63,275 nucleotides of DNA, filler included, from Octopus bimaculoides (GCF_001194135.2; 4 parts of 4 records of this genome joined end to end with filler, not necessarily neighbours in it); one strand, 5' to 3'; shown: positions 12,241-24,700, counted from the first letter of the whole stretch. Program-made: numbers and translations. The notes: generated by a model from the letters alone, not told the origin.

Positions 12241-12644
12241 ATACATGTAGATTTTGAGTTCCATGGGCAGCATTCAGTGTTTTCTATCCAAATGATTTTT
12301 CAATTCAATATTTACAAAATATTATTTATAGCTTTATCTGCTTCAAGTTTCACTGTTCCAAAAAAAAAAATTCTTTCATATGCTCTCAAAGTCTCTAAAT
12401 TCATATGACATCATTAATATCCAGCCCTAATATTCTACCAGTTTTATGACAACATCTTATAAACAAACTTTGGAAGCGTTGAGTGGGGCTGGTGTTTTGC
12501 AGACAAAGAAAGTAAATTTCAAATGAAGTAAAGCTGTAAGGACAGTAGAGAAAGACTGAGTATTTTACCCAAATAAAACGGAAAAAAGTTGCCAGCAGAT
12601 GGCTGCAGGACACGAACACACACTCCTCAGATACCAGTTGAGTC

Positions 12645-12900
12645 ATCATTATCATTTAACATCAGTTGTCCATGTTGGCATGGGTTGGACAGTTTGACCA
12701 GGGCTGGTAAGCTGAGGAGCTGCACCAGACTCTAGTCTGATTCTGCATTGTTTCTACGGCTGGATACCCTTCCTAATGCCGACTACTTCAAGAGTGTAAC
12801 GGATGCTTTTACATGCCAGTTGCATGACACCAGTATTCACCATGATTGATTTCACTTGGCTTGATGGGTCTTCTTCTCAAGCACGGCATATTGCCACAGC
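12645..12900 (-). mobile_element. SINE family B 3' portion
   Basis: catcattatcatttaacatc...catgttggcatgggttgg...ttctcaagcacggcata. Confidence 0.8.
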
Positions 12901-13131
12901 CAGCTGACAACAATTACTGCCAATTTCAAAGCTGAATTGTAAGCTATTTGAATGCAATAACATTTTATAAACAAACTTTGGAATTGCTTGAACGTGTTGG
13001 TATTTTGCAGAGAAGAAAATAAATTTCAAAGTTGTAAGAACTATAGAGAAAGATTGGGTATTTACTCTTATAAGACAGAAAAAAAGTTGCTAGTAGATGG
13101 CTGAGGGATGTAAACCCCACATCCCTTAGAT

Positions 13132-13419
13132 CAGGGGTTTTCAATCTTTTTGACTTGCGGACCCCTTTATATTTCAGGCTTTACCCTTATAAACGCTTAT
13201 GAAATTTATAAATAAATATTTGCTTAAAATAACATATATTTTTACATTTATTTATTTAAACAATATTTCACAAAATAGGTTTATTGTCAATTAAAAGATT
13301 TTGATTAAAAAACATATATAAAATCAAATTGCCCATAAAAAGTATTTGCAGTCCACGGACCCCCTGTCTTATCCTTGCGGACCCCCTGCAGTCCGCGGAC
13401 CACAGTTTGAAAACCCCTG
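13132..13419. mobile_element. hAT (Charlie-like) MITE, 288 bp
   Basis: Perfect 13-bp TIR caggggttttcaa / ttgaaaacccctg and perfect 8-bp TSD ccttagat (13124-13131, 13420-13427) with a central TA. Confidence 0.93.
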
Positions 13420-13739
13420 CCTTAGATAACAACTGAGTACTCTACCATTAAGCTGAATGGCCCCCTGATAACAATTACTGTCAATTTTAAAGCTAAATTA
13501 TAACCTATTCGAATGCGACAAGAAAGTAAATTTTGAACACAGTAAGGCTGTGAAAACAGCAGAGAAAGATTGGGCATTTTACTCTGAAAGGTCAGAAGTG
13601 GCCTATACTTCGTGTTGGAGGGTTAAAGGCAAGAAAAAAAAAATGTTTGAGATAATAATGAAGGCGAATGAATGGGGGTGAATAAGTGAGAGAAGACGAA
13701 ATGAATGACAGAACATCAAAGGTTTGAACCAGGAATATT

Positions 13740-14192
13740 GTGGCTGGCACTCCGTCGTTTACGACGTTGAGGGTTCCAGTTGATCCGATCAACGGAACAG
13801 CCTGCTTGTGAAATTAACGTGCAAGTGGCTGAGCACTCCACAGACACGTGTACCCTTAACGTAGTTTTCGGGGAGATTCATTGTGACANNNNNNNNNNGC
13901 ACTCCACAGACACGTGTACCCTTAACGTAGTTTTCGGGGAGATTCATTGTGACACAGTGTGACAAGACTGGCCCCTTTGAAATACAGGCACAACAGAAAC
14001 AGGAAGTAAGAGTGAGAGAAAGTTGTGGTGAAAGAGTACAGCAGGGTTCGCCACCATCCCCTGCCGGAGCCTTGTGGAGCTTTTTAGGTGTTTTCGCTCA
14101 ATAAACACTCACAACGCCCGGTCTGGGAATCGAAACCGCGATCCTATGACCGCGAGTCCGCTGCCCTAACCATTGGGCCATTGCACCTCCAC
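13740..14192 (-). mobile_element. Young full-length tRNA-derived SINE (resembles the octopus OR-type family)
   Basis: Head gtggaggtgcaatggcccaatggttagggcagcggactcgcggtc..ggtttcgattccc with A/B boxes. 12-bp TSD accaggaatatt at 13728-13739 and 14193-14204. Confidence 0.92.
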
Positions 14193-14206
14193 ACCAGGAA
14201 TATTAA

Positions 14207-14422
14207 CTCTTAAGCATTCACATTATTCTGTCAAAAGTAATGCTTATTCATTCACATCGTTTTGCATTAATCATGCATTATCTTTTGGCTATGAGATTTT
14301 GATGAGGTAACTTTTTTTAGAATCACATTGCAGGGTAGGTGTGAGAGGCTGGATCATGTCAGTTTGAACATAAAACAGGTAGTATATATTGGCTGGATAT
14401 AGTTGCTTCAAATGCTAAAGGG
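14207..14422. mobile_element. TTAA-flanked MITE, second copy
   Basis: ttaa|ctcttaagcatt...aatgctaaaggg|ctaa. Homologous to 4206-4431. Confidence 0.7.
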
Positions 14423-14501
14423 CTAAAAATTACTGTGGTGGTGGTGGTTGGTATGGGACACAAAGATATCAACCTATCATTTTTGACAGGCACTACAGTA
14501 G

Positions 14502-14542
<41 letters not shown>

Positions 14543-16099
14543 TGTGTGTGAGTGTGGTCATGTGCTAGAGTGTGTGCATGTGTATTTTTGTGTGTGTGTA
14601 GTAAGGAGAGAGTGAAATTGCTGGTAGGACTTCTGGTACATGTTGTGTGATAGAATTTAGAGGGTGGAGTGAAAGGGGCGTGGTAATGAAAGAGAGGGGC
14701 AGGAGAGAGAGAGAGAGAGAGATACAGCTCTGTTGTTAACTGGTCTATAGATGATGTATTGCATCAACAACACCACTACATCACCACTATCACCATTCTC
14801 TCATGCTTTATTAATACTACTGCTTTTACTAGTATCTATCAGTATCATTATTACCAATGGTCTTCATCACATCACCACCACCACCACCACCACTGCCTAC
14901 TGTGCCCCCTCATAGCAGCACTTTCATCACATATCTCCACCTTCGTACCACCACTGCCACCGCCACCACCATCGCCGCTGCTGCACTGCAGCCTGGTCCT
15001 CGACTACACCTCACCACTAAATCTAGCATCAATACCTCCACACCATTAATATCAGAACCATCCCTACAATTGAATAATACACAAGCCACTTAATAGACAG
15101 GCTAAGCCATTGTCTTAAAACATGTGCAGTGAGTGTGGGATGGAGGTGGGGTAGGGAGATATTCTGACAAGAAATTTCTATCAGTAGATCTTTAGAATAA
15201 TGTCCATCACCACCAGCACCACTCCACCGAAGCTACTTATGTCCCCCTTCCCATCATCATTTATTACAACACCATCAATACAACCACCACGAGGGAGTCT
15301 TTAAACACAAGGGTGGAGAAATTCCAAACGGTGAAGAGGTGTTTGAGCATCCCTCCCACACTTAAAAATAAATACAAAATAATTTAAGTTTCAACACCAA
15401 AAATAGTGATTTAATATGAGGAACATAACTTGGAATTGGTAAAAGTAAAGATACAGTATTCTGAGATACACCAACTGGTAGGATCTTCATCTTCGCATTT
15501 ATGATACAAGCTTAAATTAAAAACCTTCAATGAAAATTCCATCTTAATTAGTATTCCAAAGACTAGCTTAATAAAAATACAGTTATTTTACTAAATTTTT
15601 CACTATTTCCAAAATTAATATAAATGGAGGTAGTCTATTTTAACAGAAATATGGTAACAAAAGGGTTAAAGTGATCTGAATTAAAAACTTTCAGAATTTC
15701 ATGCTATGTTCCAAACATCAGCTTAACCCATTAAGTCCCACTGTCCTATAAATAGGACACTAAATGAGAACATTAAATAAGCTATATCACATTGTCTCAG
15801 TGTCCTATAAATTTTAGGACACTGAGAGGTGAGATATGAACTCTGATCACAAATGTTAGTGGTCTGATAGTTTACTTTGCAATTCCATGTTTGTTGCCAA
15901 GGGGACATACAGGATCTATTACTTTTATAAATGGATTCAGTCATAAGACCACAGCCATGCTAGAACACTACCTTGAAGAATTTTTAGTCAAATAAATCAG
16001 GAACCATGTGGTTTGGAAGTAAGCTTCTTAACTACACAGCTATAGCTCTTCCTGTGTTGTGTGTGTATACGTACGCACACAAGAGCATGTTTATATATG

Positions 16100-16270
16100 G
16101 GCGAAGGAATGGTAGTGTGGTTGAGAAGCCTGCTTCCCAGCCATGTGGCTTCTGGTTTAGTCCTGCCGTACAGCACTTTGGACAAGTATTTTCTACTCAG
16201 CTCAACGCCAATCAAAGCCTTGTGAGTAAATTTTGTTATTGGAAAATGAAAGAAACTGATCATATATGCA
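16100..16270 (+). mobile_element. SINE family A 5' half, degenerate
   Basis: gtgtggttgagaagcctgcttcccagccatgtgg...aaagccttgtgagtaaattt. Confidence 0.65.
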
Positions 16271-16802
16271 TGTATTGATGTGTGTGGTGCGAAACCACAA
16301 AATTTAGTTTCATTGACTGACGAGGAAAACTCAGCTACAAATATTTCGTGTATCGTGTCTTTGTCTATATTTGCTGTCTGTTAAGTTTTCGCCTAGTTTT
16401 CCATTTGCTCTGCTTTCGTCTAACTTTTTCTCCTTGTTGTGTTCTGTCCATTCAATCCTTGATATATACATGTGCATATGCACATAAATGTGCACGAGTA
16501 TATCTGTGTTTGTATCTCTTTGTCTTGACATTGTGCAATATTTGTAAGCAAACATCATCATTCAACAATTGCTGGCATTCGTTTCCAGTCCTTCGTGGAA
16601 ATATGTCCAGCCATTGGGGAAATATTTACCTTACATGGAAACATTGAGGATTGGTGGCAGGAAGAGCACCTGGCTATGAAAATCTCCCTCAACACATTCT
16701 GTCTTACTCAAGCAAGCATAGAAAAGTAGGTATTAAGATGATGACCTACATACATGCATATGTATGCCATCAGACACCTGTATTGACAGAATACAGTATA
16801 AG

Positions 16803-16873
<71 letters not shown>

Positions 16874-17399
16874 GTGAAAAAGTAAAAAAAAAAAAATGAA
16901 AATGAGGTACAAAACAAACAACAAAATGTATCAGATTTACACTCAGGGATAATAGAAGGATAAGTCTTTTATGTTTCAAGCATATGCTCTTATACAGGAA
17001 GAATAAAACAAGGAGAGATAAAATTGGAGAGAGGAAAGAACAAATGTGTCTCAATTAAACAGTTACCACGTGCTGAAATGACCGGAAGAAGATGAGGTTG
17101 CTTATGACAAGTGTGACAAGGGGGAAAGAGTTGACAGGAGCCTGGGTGGCAAAGGGAGGTGACAAGATTATATAATTTGTTTGTTCCATCATTTAAAATT
17201 TATTTTTCTATGCTAGCATGGGTTGGGCTAATAACACATATTTTTGAAGCATAATTTTTTAAACCAAATGTCCTCTCTATTACTAACTCTCACCTGTTTT
17301 TCAAACATGGGACATTTAGTACAGTGCATCTCTTGAAAACACAAAGCTAGCAGCTGATCTCTTGACAAGTAAATGTCAACAAAACATCACCATTTTTAG

Positions 17400-17630
17400 T
17401 TCAGTACATTTCTTGTGAAGCAAGGTTTGTCAATATTCACAGAGAAGTCTGTGAATGTGTCCACACATATGTACACGTTCACACTGGATGAGCTTCCACA
17501 CAGTTTCCATCTATTAACTCCACTCACAAAGTGTTGGTTCAGTCAAGGATACAAGACACTTGCCCAAGGTGCCATGAAGTGAAATAGAACTCAAGACCAG
17601 ATAGTAACAAAGCAAACACTGTCTCCACCA
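17400..17630 (-). mobile_element. SINE family A variant, degenerate
   Basis: ccactcacaaag...gacacttgcccaaggtgcca, preceded by a longer internal segment. Confidence 0.6.
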
Positions 17631-17674
17631 CACACGTGTGTGCATGTATGTACATGTGAATCTGTATATATGTG

Positions 17675-17748
<74 letters not shown>

Positions 17749-17848
17749 NNNNNNNNNNNNNNNNNNNNNNNNNNNNNNNNNNNNNNNNNNNNTTAATTAA
17801 TTAANNNNNNNNNNNNNNNNNNNNNNNNNNNNNNNNNNNNNNNNNNNN
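17749..17848. other. Synthetic scaffold linker N44-TTAATTAATTAA-N44
   Basis: Exactly 100 bp. The palindromic 12-mer places stops in all six frames. An identical construct occurs three times. Confidence 0.95.
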
Positions 17849-17885
17849 TATATATATGTATATATATATATATATATTTATACAT

Positions 17886-18110
17886 ATTGTTGTGTCTGGG
17901 GAGAATCATTCTGTTTTAATGCCTTATTAATCAACACACTCACCGGTTCAATTTACACTCATTTACTTATTTATTTAATTCTTTTTTCTAAAATTTTCTT
18001 TGCTTCTTGCTACCTCTTCAGTAGTCGTTGAATCTGTCTGTTATCGGAGCTGTGTTTTGTTTGTTTGTTTTTGTGCATGTATGTGTGTTAGTGTGCATGT
18101 GTATACACAT
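17886..18110 (+). repeat. Terminal-repeat-like segment, inverted copy at 19300-19535
   Basis: ttgttgtgtctgg.gaga.tcattct.ttttaatgc.ttattaat.aacacactcaccggttcaattt is present in both copies in opposite orientations. Confidence 0.85.
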
Positions 18111-18130
18111 ATGTATGTATGTATGTATGT

Positions 18131-18162
<32 letters not shown>

Positions 18163-18247
18163 TGTATGTATCTATGTATGTGTGTATGCATATATATATG
18201 TATATATATATATTTGTATGCGTGTGTACGTTTGTATGTACACATTG

Positions 18248-18460
18248 TATTACATTGGTGAGACATCTAGAAGCATTGCGGAGAGATTAAATGGACATTT
18301 TAAACATTCCTCCATATTCTACCAACATGCCAAAGACCAACATGAAGGCATACTGAGTCGGCTTGACATCTACATTTTATCCAAGCACTCGAAGGACTCC
18401 ACACTCAGACAAATACAGGGGTATGTTCTCATAAATGAAATATCCTCCCGCACTAAATAG
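18248..18460 (+). mobile_element. Penelope-like element GIY-YIG endonuclease remnant
   Basis: YYIGETSRSIAERLNGHFKHSSIFYQHAKDQH..LDIYILSKHSKDSTLRQIQ, with PALNR in the shifted frame. This matches the PLE YIGET..R..H...H..IL...R..E...LN pattern. Confidence 0.8.
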
Positions 18461-18953
18461 GAGATACACGTAGAAGTTAGTGATACTCCTATACCCACAG
18501 TTTATACATACAAAGATAGATTTTTTAGTAGGCTGTTTATGTAGGCGTGTTTATATATATATATATATATATNNNNNNNNNNNNNNNNNNNNNNNNNNNN
18601 NNNNNNNNNNNNNNNNNNNNNNNNNNNNNNNNNNNNNNNNNNNNNNNNNNNNNNNNNNNNNNNNNNNNNNNNNNNNNNNNNNNNNNNNNNNNNNNNNNNN
18701 NNNNNNNNNNNNNNNNNNNNNNNNNNNNNNNNNNNNNNNNNNNNNNNNNNNNNNNNNNNNNNNNNNNNNNNNNNNNNNNNNNNNNNNNNNNNNNNNNNNN
18801 NNNNNNNNNNNNNNNNNNNNNNNNNNNNNNNNNNNNNNNNNNNNNNNNNNNNNNNNNNNNNNNNNNNNNNNNNNNNNNNNNNNNNNNNNNNNNNNNNNNN
18901 NNNNNNNNNNNNNNNNNNNNNNNNNNNNNNNNNNNNNNNNNNNNNNNNNNNNN

Positions 18954-18985
<32 letters not shown>

Positions 18986-19299
18986 GAAACGTGTACAACA
19001 GAAAAAAACGAAGCACAAGTACATGGAACATGAACTATTTTTTCGAACAACGAAAGAAACAAATAGAAAACAAAATAAAACATAGAACGATATATATATA
19101 TATATGTGTGTAGGTAGGTAGGTAGGTAGGTCGGTAAATGGATATGTAGGTAAACAGATAGATAAATACATAGGTAATATAGACAGACAAGCACACACAC
19201 ACAAATACACACATATACAAACACAAACATGAACACAAAAACATACATAGAAAGTACACAAACACATACATATATATGCATACATACATACGTACATAC

Positions 19300-19535
19300 A
19301 TACGTATATACATATGTATATACATATTCACACTGACGAACACATATGCACACAAACAAACAGACAAAAACGTAGTTCCAATAACGGGCAAAGTCAACAA
19401 CTATTGAAGAAGTTGCAAGAAGCAACGAAGATTCTAGTAAAAAATTAAACAATAAGTAAATGAGTAGAAATTGAACCGGTGAGTGTGTTAATTAATAATG
19501 CATTAAAATAGAATGACTCTCTCCAGACACAACAA
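19300..19535 (-). repeat. Inverted copy of 17886-18110
   Basis: Reverse complement aligns by eye at roughly 80% identity. Confidence 0.85.
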
Positions 19536-19619
19536 ATTATGCTTTAACACACGAATTCATATAAAGAATCTTGCAAACCAAATACAAAAACGAAATATAG
19601 ATAGAGAGATAGATAGATA

Positions 19620-19960
19620 GAAGGCGTAAGGAGCGGTTATTTTTGAGATGCTTGCTCCTCAATCATGTTGTCGTGGGTTCAGTCCCACTGCACGGGACGA
19701 CTAAGGCCTTGTGAGTGGAATTAGTAAACGGTAACTGAAATAAAACCATCGTACATACATACATACATACATACATACATACATACATACTCACACACAC
19801 ACGCACACACACACGCACACACATACACTCACACATTAGGGTATCTACGTATCTGTTTATCACTGTATCTATGTGTGTACATGTGTGTTTGTCCTCCACC
19901 ATCGCTTGACAACGGGTATTTGTTTACGTTTGGCAAACGGGTATTTGTTTAGCGGTTTGG
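19620..19960 (+). mobile_element. SINE family A, degenerate
   Basis: gtgggttcagtcccactgcac...aaggccttgtgagtgga...catcgcttgacaac. Confidence 0.7.
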
Positions 19961-20232
19961 CAAAATTATCACTTGAGACGATTTGTTCCACTAAATCAGT
20001 GGCTTCCAATTATTTTTTGTCTGTGAACCCCTTTGATATATATATNNNNNNNNNNNNNNNNNNNNNNNNNNNNNNNNNNNNNNNNNNNNNNNNNNNNNNN
20101 NNNNNNNNNNNNNNNNNNNNNNNNNNNNNNNNNNNNNNNNNNNNNNNNNNNNNNNNNNNNNNNNNNNNNNNNNNNNNNNNNNNNNNNNNNNNNNNNNNNN
20201 NNNNNNNNNNNNNNNNNNNNNNNNNNNNNNNN

Positions 20233-20278
<46 letters not shown>

Positions 20279-20320
20279 TGTGTATGTATGTATATATAAA
20301 TGTATATATAAATGTATATA

Positions 20321-21185
20321 TCAGGCTGAGTAAAAAGTAAGCAACGTTTTGAAACATGAAATTGATCACAATATATTTCAACAATGCGGAAATTTTATTC
20401 ATCAAAGTAAGTACCATTACAATCAACACATTTCTGCCAACGAGTTACAAGTTCGTTTATTCCGGTAACATAAAAATCAGGAGTTCTGGAGCTGATGAAC
20501 TCTTTAAACGCACTTTCAGCATCAGTTTGGTTTTTGAACTCCTCTCGCAGGTGCTTGTAAAAGTGGTAGTCGGTAGGAGAAAGGTCTGGCGAATAAGCTG
20601 CGTGAGAAAGAACTTCGTAGCCAGATTTCCTCAACTTTTGGAGCATCATTAGTGAAACGTGTAGTCGAGCATTGTCATGAAGAACGATTGGCCCTCTCCT
20701 GTTGACCAGTCTGGGACGGAGAAGCAGCAGTTTAACTTCATTTTGGCAATTTCATGGCAATATTTTTGTGTAGTAATGGTTTTTTCCAGGTTTTAAAAGT
20801 TATAGTGGTTTTAAAAGTCCAGCAGTACACCACCAAACAGTCACCATAACCATCTTTTTTGAAGAGCTCAGGATTAGGGAAGATTTTCGGTGTTTCATTT
20901 TCGTCCAACCACTGCGAAGAACGTTTTTCATTATTGTACAGAATCCACTTTTCAGCGCAATTTACAATACGGTCGAGAAATGGATCGGTCTGATTACGAA
21001 ACGACTAGCAAATTTCATATCTGTTCATTTTCTGATTTTCATTCAAATCGTGTGGTACCCATTTGTCGAGCTTTTTTGATTTTACGATCGCATGAAAATG
21101 GTTGCAGGCAGTTTTCTGGCTCGCTTCAAGTTCTTTAGCCAGTTCTCGAGGGTTTTACGTGGATCTTTTTTAATGAAGGTCTTTA
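20321..21185 (-). mobile_element. Mariner transposon relic (Hsmar1/SETMAR-like transposase), 5'-truncated
   Basis: KWVPHDLNE, LHDNAR and YSPDLSPTDYHF...RWQKCVDCNGTYFDE* motifs with frameshifts. One terminus follows a TA at 20319-20320. Confidence 0.9.
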
Positions 21186-22171
21186 ATGTTCATGACTTTC
21201 AGGTATTTTAATACCTGGCACTTTGAGGGAGTCATACATTCCCATCGCGTTACATGCAGCCTACAGGCGAACGAGCTAAGCACATACACCAAGCATGTGT
21301 GGTCGATAACACACACACACACACANNNNNNNNNNNNNNNNNNNNNNNNNNNNNNNNNNNNNNNNNNNNNNNNNNNNNNNNNNNNNNNNNNNNNNNNNNN
21401 NNNNNNNNNNNNNNNNNNNNNNNNNNNNNNNNNNNNNNNNNNNNNNNNNNNNNNNNNNNNNNNNNNNNNNNNNNNNNNNNNNNNNNNNNNNNNNNNNNNN
21501 NNNNNNNNNNNNNNNNNNNNNNNNNNNNNNNNNNNNNNNNNNNNNNNNNNNNNNNNNNNNNNNNNNNNNNNNNNNNNNNNNNNNNNNNNNNNNNNNNNNN
21601 NNNNNNNNNNNNNNNNNNNNNNNNNNNNNNNNNNNNNNNNNNNNNNNNNNNNNNNNNNNNNNNNNNNNNNNNNNNNNNNNNNNNNNNNNNNNNNNNNNNN
21701 NNNNNNNNNNNNNNNNNNNNNNNNNNNNNNNNNNNNNNNNNNNNNNNNNNNNNNNNNNNNNNNNNNNNNNNNNNNNNNNNNNNNNNNNNNNNNNNNNNNN
21801 NNNNNNNNNNNNNNNNNNNNNNNNNNNNNNNNNNNNNNNNNNNNNNNNNNNNNNNNNNNNNNNNNNNNNNNNNNNNNNNNNNNNNNNNNNNNNNNNNNNN
21901 NNNNNNNNNNNNNNNNNNNNNNNNNNNNNNNNNNNNNNNNNNNNNNNNNNNNNNNNNNNNNNNNNNNNNNNNNNNNNNNNNNNNNNNNNNNNNNNNNNNN
22001 NNNNNNNNNNNNNNNNNNNNNNNNNNNNNNNNNNNNNNNNNNNNNNNNNNNNNNNNNNNNNNNNNNNNNNNNNNNNNNNNNNNNNNNNNNNNNNNNNNNN
22101 NNNNNNNNNNNNNNNNNNNNNNNNNNNNNNNNNNNNNNNNNNNNNNNNNNNNNNNNNNNNNNNNNNNNNNN

Positions 22172-22214
<43 letters not shown>

Positions 22215-22559
22215 CTTGTTTCACACACCTCAAAGAAAGAAAATATTTTCCACCATGCACTACGGATACCTCTCCCCTTTGCTCCTGCAGCCTACCCGCG
22301 TTGACATATCTCTCTCTCTCTCTCTTTCCCTCTCTCTCCCTACCTCTCTTCCGCCTACACCGCTCTTGTCTCTCCCTTGCCCTCTTCTTCCCCTCCTTTC
22401 TCTCTCCTGTCCACTGTATCATTACTGTCCTGTCACTCTCCCCTCCATCTATTATCTTGTGCATGCCTGCATCCTCCCCCACTAATGACTTATCAGTTAT
22501 CACCCTTTAATCTTATCCAACAGTTTTTTGCAGTTGTAGCCTGCCACCTCATCCCCTCA

Positions 22560-22800
22560 TCTCCTGTTTCCCATACAATCTTACAGTCCTCACATCCGCC
22601 CATTTCTACTTGGCTCTTGCCTTGAGGGATCACCTGGACATCTCATCTCAACTGTCTATCACTTCGTTGCTCCAATTTTTCCTTCCTCCAATTTTTCCTT
22701 CCCATGCAGCTCTTCTTCTCCAAGAACTTCCTCGGCCTCCACTTCGCTGTTCACCTAGCATTGAGCCGATACCCCTACCTTCGGAATTCATAGTTTTGCG
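22560..22800 (-). mobile_element. Probable RTE LINE 3' RT fragment
   Basis: Weak AR*TAKWRPRK..GRKNWR similarity to the RTE C-terminus. Confidence 0.4.
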
Positions 22801-22809
22801 ATCTGTATA

Positions 22810-23030
22810 GCTGCCTTAATGGTACTGGTGGAACGAAAAAAAGCACCCTCTGCACGCTGTAAAACGGTTGATGCTAGGAAGGCCGTCTAGTCATAGAAGC
22901 CATACCAAAGCAGACACTGGAACATGATGTAGCCCTTGAACCCTTCATATCCTTTCAAGCCATGACAGTATAGAGCATGGACTTTGAATGATGATGATTA
23001 TGATGACTATGATGATGGTAATGATGATTA
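22810..23030 (+). mobile_element. SINE family B 3' portion, degenerate
   Basis: aaaagcaccc...gctaggaagg...gcatggactttgaatgatgatgat. Confidence 0.7.
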
Positions 23031-23064
23031 TTACACACACATACACGTACACACACATATGTAT

Positions 23065-23520
23065 GCATATATTTAAATCCTTTTGTAAACAGTCTGTCTG
23101 TTCTAAATGGGAAGTATCTGCACCTTCGCCAAGATGACTAATCGATGACCGCTTTCATTTCTCTTCCTCAATCCAATATTTCCAACATGCGTCTCGTACT
23201 GCTATTCTTATTCGACCTTTGAGTTGAAATATCTCATAAAGGCGGTAAAGGTAGAATTGTTAGTTCCAGGTCTTAATTGAATTCCTTCACTTCATCATCC
23301 TTGTTGTTACATGTACGTGCATAGGTCTGGATGATGTTAAATGTGGCATTTCCTGAGGCACAATCGTTTAGTACCTCGTTGCATGATGAAGACAAATTGC
23401 AGGATATAATTTTCGGCGCTCATTCTTAACTTATGAAGCCTATACCACGTCTTACTCTATCACCCTCAGCCCATTTTCATTCTCGCCAACTACCGTCCTT
23501 CCATGTCTCATTTACGATGG
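23065..23520 (-). mobile_element. RTE LINE apurinic endonuclease domain remnant
   Basis: FNIIQTYA..T..DDEVKEFN*DLE...FNSKVE...RNESGHRLV matches the IIQVYAPT..GDFNAKVG..RNE.G.RL motif. Confidence 0.75.
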
Positions 23521-23629
23521 TGGACTTAAAAGTTCATAGGTTGATTATGAAGGAGTGATGCTAGAGCTGTGAAATCTTGCATGCATTAATTCCAACCCTT
23601 CTTATTAATAACTGTATTGATTCTTTCCA

Positions 23630-24445
23630 GGTAAATTAACATCCGAATGTTCAAAGAAGAATTCAAAGGTAACTAAAAAAGTAACGACCTCTCTTGAAAA
23701 TCGACAAAATTTGGCATCGTGGTGTTATCAAGTACTTGCAGAAAAATGGTTTAGTTCCCAAGGATATTCATGCTGACATAGTTGCTAAATCCGGGGCTGA
23801 CGCTCCAGGTTTACCAGCAGTGCAAAAATGGGCAGCTGAATTTAGGAGGGGTAGGAAGCGTCTTGAAGATGTCCCGAGGTTTGGACGTCCTGCATCTACC
23901 ATCATCAAGTAAAACGTTAATCGTGTTTATCACATGTTGACGGTTGACAGACAATTGACTATAAATCAAATAGCCTATTTTATTAACATATCCCGTGAGA
24001 AAGTTGAGAATATTCTGCACAATGAACTTGGCTTGATGAAAGATTCTGGTCGGTGGGTGTCACATCTTTTGATACCTAATCAAAAGCGCAGCAGGTTGAT
24101 TACATAACGGGAAAACCTCGCACAGTTTCAGGCAGACCTACATGGTTTCCTTGAACATTTCCTGAATGTTGGCTTCATCACTTTGAGCCAGAGACAAAGA
24201 GACAAACCATGCAGTAGAAACACCCCTTCTCGTTTGCTCCAAAGAAGGTCAAGTTTGTTTCATATGCAGGGAAGGAGATGGTGTGGAAAAGACGTTATGT
24301 TTATTTATCTTCAAATGTGTCGCACCATCAATGGAGTGTGCTGTGCCAATTTGCTGAGGCAGTTACGAAAGGCTATCAAGACCAAATGCCTAGGAAAACT
24401 GATGAAAGGGGTCTTGTTTCAACAGGACAATGATCCAGCACACAA
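23630..24445 (+). mobile_element. Mariner transposase relic, internally deleted
   Basis: RGVIKYLQK..PKDIHAD..QKWAAEFRRGR..LED.PRFGRP HTH region, RWVSHLL (WVPH-like), and KGVLFQQDNDPAHKS. Confidence 0.88.
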
Positions 24446-24559
24446 GTCCTATGTTATAATAGATATTTGAAAGAGGGAAATCTACCATCTGTGTGTAAGG
24501 AGTTGATTGCTATCTTGGTTTAAAAAATAAAGAGGGAGAGATATGACAGATCTGAGAAA

Positions 24560-24700
24560 TTCTCGCCGTATATGCTTCTTGTCTCACCTGTGCAGATTGT
24601 TTATAAAGTGTATAGTCACATGACTAACGAAACATCTCGACGACCCAGGGAACAAGCAGGTTTTCGGAAGAGCTTCAACACAAAAAAATCACATATTTCT
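24560..24700 (+). mobile_element. LINE RT fragment (RTE-like)
   Basis: PREQAGFRKSFNT RT motif. Confidence 0.6.

Larger units (their letters stand above)
12440..13590. repeat. Degenerate ~260-bp tandem unit (about 3 copies) interrupted by a SINE tail and a MITE
   Basis: Shared blocks: ttataaacaaactttggaa (~12457, ~12965); acaattactg.caattt.aaagct (~12910, ~13470); agagaaaga.tg.g.attt (~12548, ~13045, ~13561). Confidence 0.7.

Noticed and set aside
13740-14192. tRNA gene (also 61068 and the family A heads)
   Set aside because: The tRNA-like head continues into a SINE body with a TSD and has no complete cloverleaf.
14759-15093. Pro/Thr/His-rich ORFs
   Set aside because: Low-complexity (CAC/CCA)n sequence open in several frames, with no family match.
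15893-15906. Second X-box-like motif GTTGCC-AA-GGGGAC
   Set aside because: The right half is poor, and there is no CpG island or nearby start.
16318-16360. CTGACGA hammerhead core
   Set aside because: No GAAA follows the putative stem II and no stem I pairing is present.
17410-17490. C2H2 zinc-finger-like ...VHVHTG* reading
   Set aside because: It lies within a SINE family A variant and has no CxxC/HxxxH spacing.
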